Positions 59,078 to 64,000 of a stretch of 64,000 nucleotides of DNA are shown here, one piece after another; the first letter of the stretch is position 1, and each line of letters opens with the position of its first letter. The stretch is from contig CAVUIV010000008.1 of assembly GCA_963741595.1 (NCBI GenBank), positions 172,587-236,586 on the forward strand. The letters are read 5' to 3'. The notes under the pieces were generated by a model. It was given only the letters and a program-made list of their open reading frames with translations, was not told the DNA's origin and ran no database searches. This stretch comes from an uncultured Alphaproteobacteria bacterium (GTDB lineage: Bacteria; Pseudomonadota; Alphaproteobacteria; Rhizobiales; Xanthobacteraceae). Made by a program: the position numbers and the translations under genes.

Positions 59078-60637
59078 ATGATCGGACGCATCTTTACGGT
59101 CGGCGGCTTTACGCTGCTGTCGCGGATCACCGGCTTTGCCCGCGACATCGTGCTGGCCGCCATTCTCGGCGCCGGCCCGGTGGCCGACGCGTTCCTGGTG
59201 GCGCTGCGGCTGCCCAATCATTTCCGGGCGATCTTTGCCGAGGGTGCCTTCAATGCCGCCTTCGTGCCGGCCTATGCGCGCATTCGCCAACAAGGTGGCG
59301 CCGACCCCTCGAAGCTGTTCGCCGATCGCGTCTTCACGCTGCTGGTTGCTGTGCAAGCGCTGCTCCTGGTCGTGGCGCTTGTCTTTACGCCCGCGGTGAT
59401 TTCGGTGCTGGCCCCCGGATTCTCGCAGGACGGCGAGCGCTTCACGCTCGCGGTGGAATTGACGCGCATCACGTTTCCCTACCTGCTGCTGGTCTCGCTG
59501 GTGACGCTCTATGGCGGCATCCTCAACGCGCTCGGGCGTTTTGCCTCCGCTGCCGCCGCGCCGATCCTGCTCAACCTCTCGATGATCGCCGCGCTCGCGC
59601 TCGCGTTGTTTTTTCCGACCGCGGGCCACGCCGCCGCCTGGGGCGTCTTCATCGCGGGTTGCCTCGAAGTGTTGCTGCTGATGGTTGACGCCGGCCGGCA
59701 GGGCGTGCTGCCGGCGTTCCGCTGGCCGCGGCTCGATCAGGAAATCAAGACATTCCTCAAGCGCTTCGGGCCCGCGACCATCGGTTCGGCCGAGACGCAG
59801 ATCGCGCTGTTCGCCGATACCATCATTGCGAGCTTCCTGGCGGTCGGTGCCTTGTCGGCGCTGTATTACGCCGATCGGCTCAATCAATTGCCGATCGGCG
59901 TGATCGGGATTGCGGTCGGCACCGTGCTGCTTCCGGAGATGGCCAACCGGCTGGCGCAAGGCGATGACCGCGGTGCGCGCCATGCCCAGAATCGGGCGAT
60001 CGAATTCACGCTGTTGTTGTCGATCCCGTGCCTGGTCGCCTTCGCGCTGCTGCCGGAGCTGATCATTCGCGCACTGTTCGCGCGTGGCGCCTTCACCGCG
60101 GCGGATGCCGCGGCGGCCGGCGCGACGCTGCGCGCCTACGCGCTTGGTCTCGTGCCATTCGTGCTGATGCGCAGCGCCGCGACAACGTTTCTTGCGCGTG
60201 GCGACACCTGGACGCCGGTCAAGGCGCTGTTCTTCGCGGTGTTGGTCAATGTCGCGCTCAAGGTCCTGCTCTACGACCCCTATGCGCAGGTCGGTCTCGC
60301 CTTCGCGACTTCGGTCGGCGGCTGGATCAATCTCACGCTGTTAGTCTGGTTCGCCCACCGTGCCGGCCTGTTCGCGTTCGAAGCCTTCGTCGTTCGTTCG
60401 ATCGGTCGGCTGGCGGTGGCGGGACTGGTTCTCGCGGTCGTGCTGTGGCTCGCGGCGGCTCCTGTTCAAAGGCTTTTTGCGGGCCATTCCTTCCGGGACG
60501 AATTGGCGCTGGCGTTGCTCGCCGTCATCGGCGCCGTCGTGTATGCGGCCATCGTGCTGGCGCTGTTCGGCCGCTCCTGGTTCGCGGCCTTCATCACTCG
60601 GGCAAGCGCGGCCCCGCCGCCAACCCCCAACGCCTGA
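59078..60637 (+). CDS. murJ: Lipid II flippase MurJ (MviN)
   Basis: Intact 519 aa polytopic ORF with FTVGGFTLLSRITGFARDIVLAAILGAGPVADAFLVALRLPNHFRAIFAEGAFNAAFVP and SALYYADRLNQLPIGVIGIAVGTVLLPEM. Confidence 0.95.
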   Translation: MIGRIFTVGGFTLLSRITGFARDIVLAAILGAGPVADAFLVALRLPNHFRAIFAEGAFNAAFVPAYARIRQQGGADPSKLFADRVFTLLVAVQALLLVVALVFTPAVISVLAPGFSQDGERFTLAVELTRITFPYLLLVSLVTLYGGILNALGRFASAAAAPILLNLSMIAALALALFFPTAGHAAAWGVFIAGCLEVLLLMVDAGRQGVLPAFRWPRLDQEIKTFLKRFGPATIGSAETQIALFADTIIASFLAVGALSALYYADRLNQLPIGVIGIAVGTVLLPEMANRLAQGDDRGARHAQNRAIEFTLLLSIPCLVAFALLPELIIRALFARGAFTAADAAAAGATLRAYALGLVPFVLMRSAATTFLARGDTWTPVKALFFAVLVNVALKVLLYDPYAQVGLAFATSVGGWINLTLLVWFAHRAGLFAFEAFVVRSIGRLAVAGLVLAVVLWLAAAPVQRLFAGHSFRDELALALLAVIGAVVYAAIVLALFGRSWFAAFITRASAAPPPTPNA

Positions 60638-60650
60638 GCCCGCGTCGGCG

Positions 60651-60755
60651 TTAAAGCATGATCCCGAAAAGTGGGAACCGGTTTTCGGAAAAGATCATGC
60701 TCAATCAAGAAGCTAAAGCGTGATTGTGATTTAACTTAAAGCAATCACGCTTTAG
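60651..60755. repeat. REP-like element (same family as 900..975, opposite orientation) with a perfect 14-bp stem; probable bidirectional terminator between murJ and the protease gene
   Basis: agcatgatc/gatcatgct flank ccgaaaa..ttttcgg. Next comes ctaaagcgtgattg (60713..60726) paired with caatcacgctttag (60742..60755). The minus-strand pseudo-translation is MIEHDLFRKPVPTFRDHAL (track ORF 60466..60708). Confidence 0.65.
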
Positions 60756-63700
60756 GGCCGCGCCGCCACCGTCGTCGCCGGTCGTGGCGTCACCGGTCGC
60801 GGCGCGGCCGCCGAGCGCGGCGTCGCCATGTCGATCGCCCGCATCGGGTCGACCAGGCCAGCGCCGAACTGGTTGGCCGGACCAAGCCGCTTCGCGCTGG
60901 CAGCAAGGATCCGACGCACCTCGGGGGGCGTGAGCTTGGGATTGCGCTCAAGCATGAGTGCGACCACGCCGCTGATGTGGGCGGTCGCAACCGAGGTGCC
61001 GGTCGTGACCTGATATTCGCCAGCGGGCGCCGGCACCAGAATGTCCACGCCCGGTGCCGCGATCGCGACGTGGTTGCCGCGATTGGCGCCGGTGAACAGC
61101 CGATCGTCGACATCGGTCGCGGTCACCGCGATGACGTTCGGATCGGCGGCCGGGAACAGGGCAGGGGCGCGCGGTCCGGCATTGCCCGCCGCCGCGATCA
61201 GGACGATGCCCTTGTCATGGGCGGCCTTGAGCGCGCGCTCCAATGATGGATCGCGCGGTCCGGCAAAGCTCATATTGACGATGCGCACGTTGTTGCTGAC
61301 CGCCCAATCCAGTCCCTTGAGGATGTGGTAGGTGGTGCTTTCGGTGTTGCTGGCGCGGGCCGAGAACGCGCGGATGGCGAGGATGCGTGCGCCCGGCGCC
61401 ACGCCGAGCAGCTTTTGCCGCGAGACGATGGCGCCCGCCATGCCGGTGCCGTGCGGATGCGGATTGTCCTCGACGCCGGTCGCGTCATAGCGGCCGGCGA
61501 CCGCGCCGCGGTAATCCGGGTGCGCGCCGTCGATTTCCGAATCGATCACGCCGATCGAAACGCCGGCGCCCGTGACCACGCGATGCGCGGTGAGGAGCCG
61601 CAGTTTCTCCGGCACGTATTGGCCGGGGTCGCCCTGCTGCGACGTGGCCGACTGCACCGACGTCTCGGTCAGCGCGTAAAGATAATTGGCTTGCGCCGCG
61701 GCAATGACCTGGTGCGCCGCCAGGGCGCGGATCACGCCGGCGATCGTCTCGCCGCTCGCATGCTGCATCCGGTAAGCGGCATTGCCGCCTTCCTGCAGGC
61801 ACTGCGAACCGAGTACCGAGAGATTGTGCTGCTTCAGGATCTCGTTGAGCGTGGCCGTCGGCACGTCGCAGGGCAACTGCAGCACCACCTCGTTGGTGGC
61901 GAGGCGAGTCTCCCCGGGCGGCGGCAAATAGAAGAAGCGGTTTTCGCCGACGTCGAGCCGGATCGGATTGCCAACGCTGCCGGTCGTGGTCCCGTCAGCC
62001 TGCTGCTGTTGTGCTTGCCGTTGCTGCTGCTGCTGTACGAACAGCGTCGTGTCGGGAAGCGGATCGGCTGCCGGCGGCGTGTTGAGCTGATTGGGATTGA
62101 TCTGCTGGTCCGGCGGCTGCACGAATTGCGGGTTGTCGTTGATCGGCGGGATCACCGGCGGCAGCGGCGTGGTGTCTTGATCGTTGGGAACGATGTTCAC
62201 CAGGAACGGATAGGAATGGTGCGCCCAGACCGCCGCATCGAAGCCCGGCGGCAGTCCGCCTGACAGCACGGCCGTGTTCATACCGGTGCCGCCGGCGCTG
62301 GTGGTGATGCCGGTGGTTTGCATATCCCAGTACGAATTGGTGGCGGTTCCGGGGGGCAGCGTGCCCTCGGGGAGATTGAGATCGGACGGGAGATTGGGCG
62401 TGAGGTTGTTCGATGCGACGAGGCCACCCAGCGTGCTGCCGGTGCCGCCCAAGACGCGCCCGACGCCATAAACTTCATTCAGCGAGCCGAGATTGAGCGC
62501 GGCAAACGCCGCGGCGACCGTTTGATTGGCTCCGGTGACGGGGCCAAGCGCATAGGATTGCGTGATCGAGCCGGCGTTATAGGATTGCGTGATTGAGCCG
62601 GTGTTAAAGTCGGCTTCCGAGATTGCCGCTTTCAATCCCGCATCGAGGTTCGGATTGAAGCCCAGGTTCACGGCGACGAAGCCGCCGACGTAGCTGTTGG
62701 CGCCGCCGGTCACCGCCCCTTTGGCATAGGCCTGATTGATATCGCCGAAATTGAATCCGACAAATCCGCCGGCAAAGCCGTTGTCGCCGACCGAGACATT
62801 GCCGGACGCGTAGGAGAGCGCGATCTGCCCGATATTGATTCCGACGAAGCCGCCCGCGATGGCGGTCTCTGCGTTCGTCGACACGTTTCCGGTCGCGTGG
62901 GAGTTGGTGATCTGGCCGGCATTGCCGCCGACAAAGCCGCCGAGCATTGCGAGTGTCGGGGTGGTGGCGGTCACAGTTCCCCGTGGCATGGGAACTGGTG
63001 ATGGTGCCGAAATTGAATGCAGCGAAACCGCCGAGCGTGACGTCGCCGTTCGTGCTCGACACCGCGCCGGTCGCATGCGAGCCGGAAATGCTGCCCTCAT
63101 TGGCGCCGACAAATCCGCCGGCAAACGCGTCGCCCGCGCCGGTCATCGTCAGCGTTACGCTGCCGGTGGCGTAGGAGCTGGTGACGCTGCCGCTGTTGTC
63201 GCCGATGAAGCCGCCCGCAGTGATGCTGCCGGTGCCGGCGACCGCGCCGGTCGCGTGCGAGCCGGTGATGGTCGCTCCCCAAGAATTGAGGCCGACCAGC
63301 CCGCCAATCGTGCCCTGGCCGTTGCCGGTCACGGTGCCGGTGGCATGGGAATTGGTGATGGTGGCAAAGTTGCCGCCCACGAGGCCGCCAAGCTGAACTT
63401 GATTGGTGCCGCTGACCGCGCCGGTGGCATAGGAGCCGACGATCTCGCCCCCTTCGTTGTTGAGGCCGACGAGCCCGCCGACGATGGCGGCATATTCGTT
63501 GTCCGTCGAGCCGACGCCGCTGGCGTTGCCGGTCGCGTGCGAACCGGAGATCAGGCCGGTGTTGAAGCCGACCAGTCCGCCGACCGCGCTGCTGGAGTCG
63601 GATCCGGTCGCGGTTGAACTGACCGCGCCGGAGGCGGACGAACTGGTGACCGAGCCGTGGTTCTGACCGACCAGCCCGCCGACGAAGCTATAGATGCCAC

Positions 63701-64000
63701 CCGTGACATTGCCCGACGCACTCGACGAACTGATGGTCGATCCCGCGATGTTGGTTCCGACCAGTCCGCCGGCATTGTTCCAGGAGCCGTAGCAGTCGCC
63801 AACGCAGCCATTGCCCACGGTGACGGTTGCCGCAACGGTCGCGTTCGTAATCGTGCCCGGCAGCGAGAATTCGGTATCGAAGACGCCGTTCTGCCCGACC
63901 AGTCCGCCAGCAACGATGCCGGCCAGGTTCAGCCCGTCAACGGTGCTGTTGGTGACGGTGACGTTGCTGATCGTGCCGGCGTTCGAGCCAGCGAGCGTGC
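60752..64000 (-). pseudogene. Giant GLUG-repeat exoprotein with a C-terminal I9-like propeptide and S8 (subtilisin-family) peptidase domain. It is 5'-partial (N-terminus beyond 64000) and has one frameshift in a C4/G4 run at 62969..62972.
   Basis: ORF 62604..63818 plus my own translation up to 64000 (no stop) gives about 10 GG(L/F)VGxNxGxIxxS(H/Y)A(T/S)GxV units. ORF 60752..63124 adds about 5 more units. Then come SYWDMQTTGITTSAGGTG, a P/Q-rich linker, and the S8 triad: Asp 61541..61543 (GVIDSEID), His 61451..61453 (HPHGTGMAG) and Ser 60992..60994 (GTSVATAH). Confidence 0.8.

Noticed and set aside
62450-64000. Regularly spaced DNA repeats that might be mistaken for a CRISPR or other non-coding array
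   Set aside because: The periodicity is irregular (units of about 75-90 nt). The units are degenerate at the DNA level and lie in one long open frame encoding GLUG motifs. No repeat-spacer structure or cas genes are present.
1-64000. Mobile element, prophage or integrative island signatures (integrase, transposase, att-like repeats flanking tRNA)
   Set aside because: No such genes or tRNA targets were recognised. The only compositional outliers are the first roughly 0.9 kb and short intergenic AT-rich islands.

Overview
This is 64 kb of high-GC alphaproteobacterial chromosome. It fits a Bradyrhizobium/Rhodopseudomonas/Afipia-type (Nitrobacteraceae) genome best: it has several Bug/TctC-family receptors and two copies of a REP-like element whose pseudo-translation reads FRKPVxTFRxHAL. 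I recognised no rRNA, tRNA, CRISPR array, transposase or integrase. Content from left to right: (1) a lower-GC 0.9 kb patch with a decayed DUF4258-like toxin domain, tightly followed by a DUF2283-like ORF. (2) A TauD-family dioxygenase, Idi and a hotdog thioesterase. (3) An intact aryl-acid-type cluster: Bug receptor, two UbiD-family decarboxylases, MarR, AMP-forming CoA ligase, UbiX and an RraA/HMG-aldolase-like gene. (4) A mixed catabolic set: Bug receptors, SDR, LLM monooxygenase, two alpha/beta hydrolases, DUF1932 oxidoreductase, class II aldolase and enoyl-CoA hydratase. (5) An RpoE-type ECF sigma/ChrR anti-sigma pair with a divergent FAD-oxidoreductase/DUF1365/Cfa-like operon plus DUF1295 and DUF2177 genes. 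This is the singlet-oxygen / furan-fatty-acid type module, and it carries two back-to-back TGATCC-N16/17-CGT(A/T) promoter candidates. (6) A roughly 30 kb LPS/polysaccharide super-cluster: MsbA-like exporter, galE, waaC, waaF, hldD, hldE, rmlACBD, UDP-xylose synthase, ugd, UDP-GlcA epimerase-like gene, gmhB, gmhA, manC, transaldolase-family gene, gmd, fcl and a GnnA/GnnB-like pair. It is interrupted by a Bug receptor, a TAXI-like receptor, an LptE-like lipoprotein and a two-gene type I secretion unit. (7) Two small unknown ORFs and murJ. (8) The C-terminal >3.2 kb of a giant GLUG-repeat protein that ends in an I9-like propeptide plus S8 subtilase; its N-terminus lies beyond the right edge. The main caveat is that between about 10.5 and 52.1 kb nearly every gene is broken by one or more frameshifts, often in compensating pairs, whereas 0.9-10.5 kb and 52.9-62.9 kb are essentially clean. 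I use type=pseudogene operationally to mean 'frame disrupted as sequenced'. Because envelope-essential genes are hit, I think indel errors are more likely than real decay. Ends of disrupted genes are approximate (tens of nt). The most novel-looking items are the GLUG-repeat/S8 fusion protein and the twin-UbiD/UbiX/CoA-ligase locus. Neither can be proven from sequence alone.
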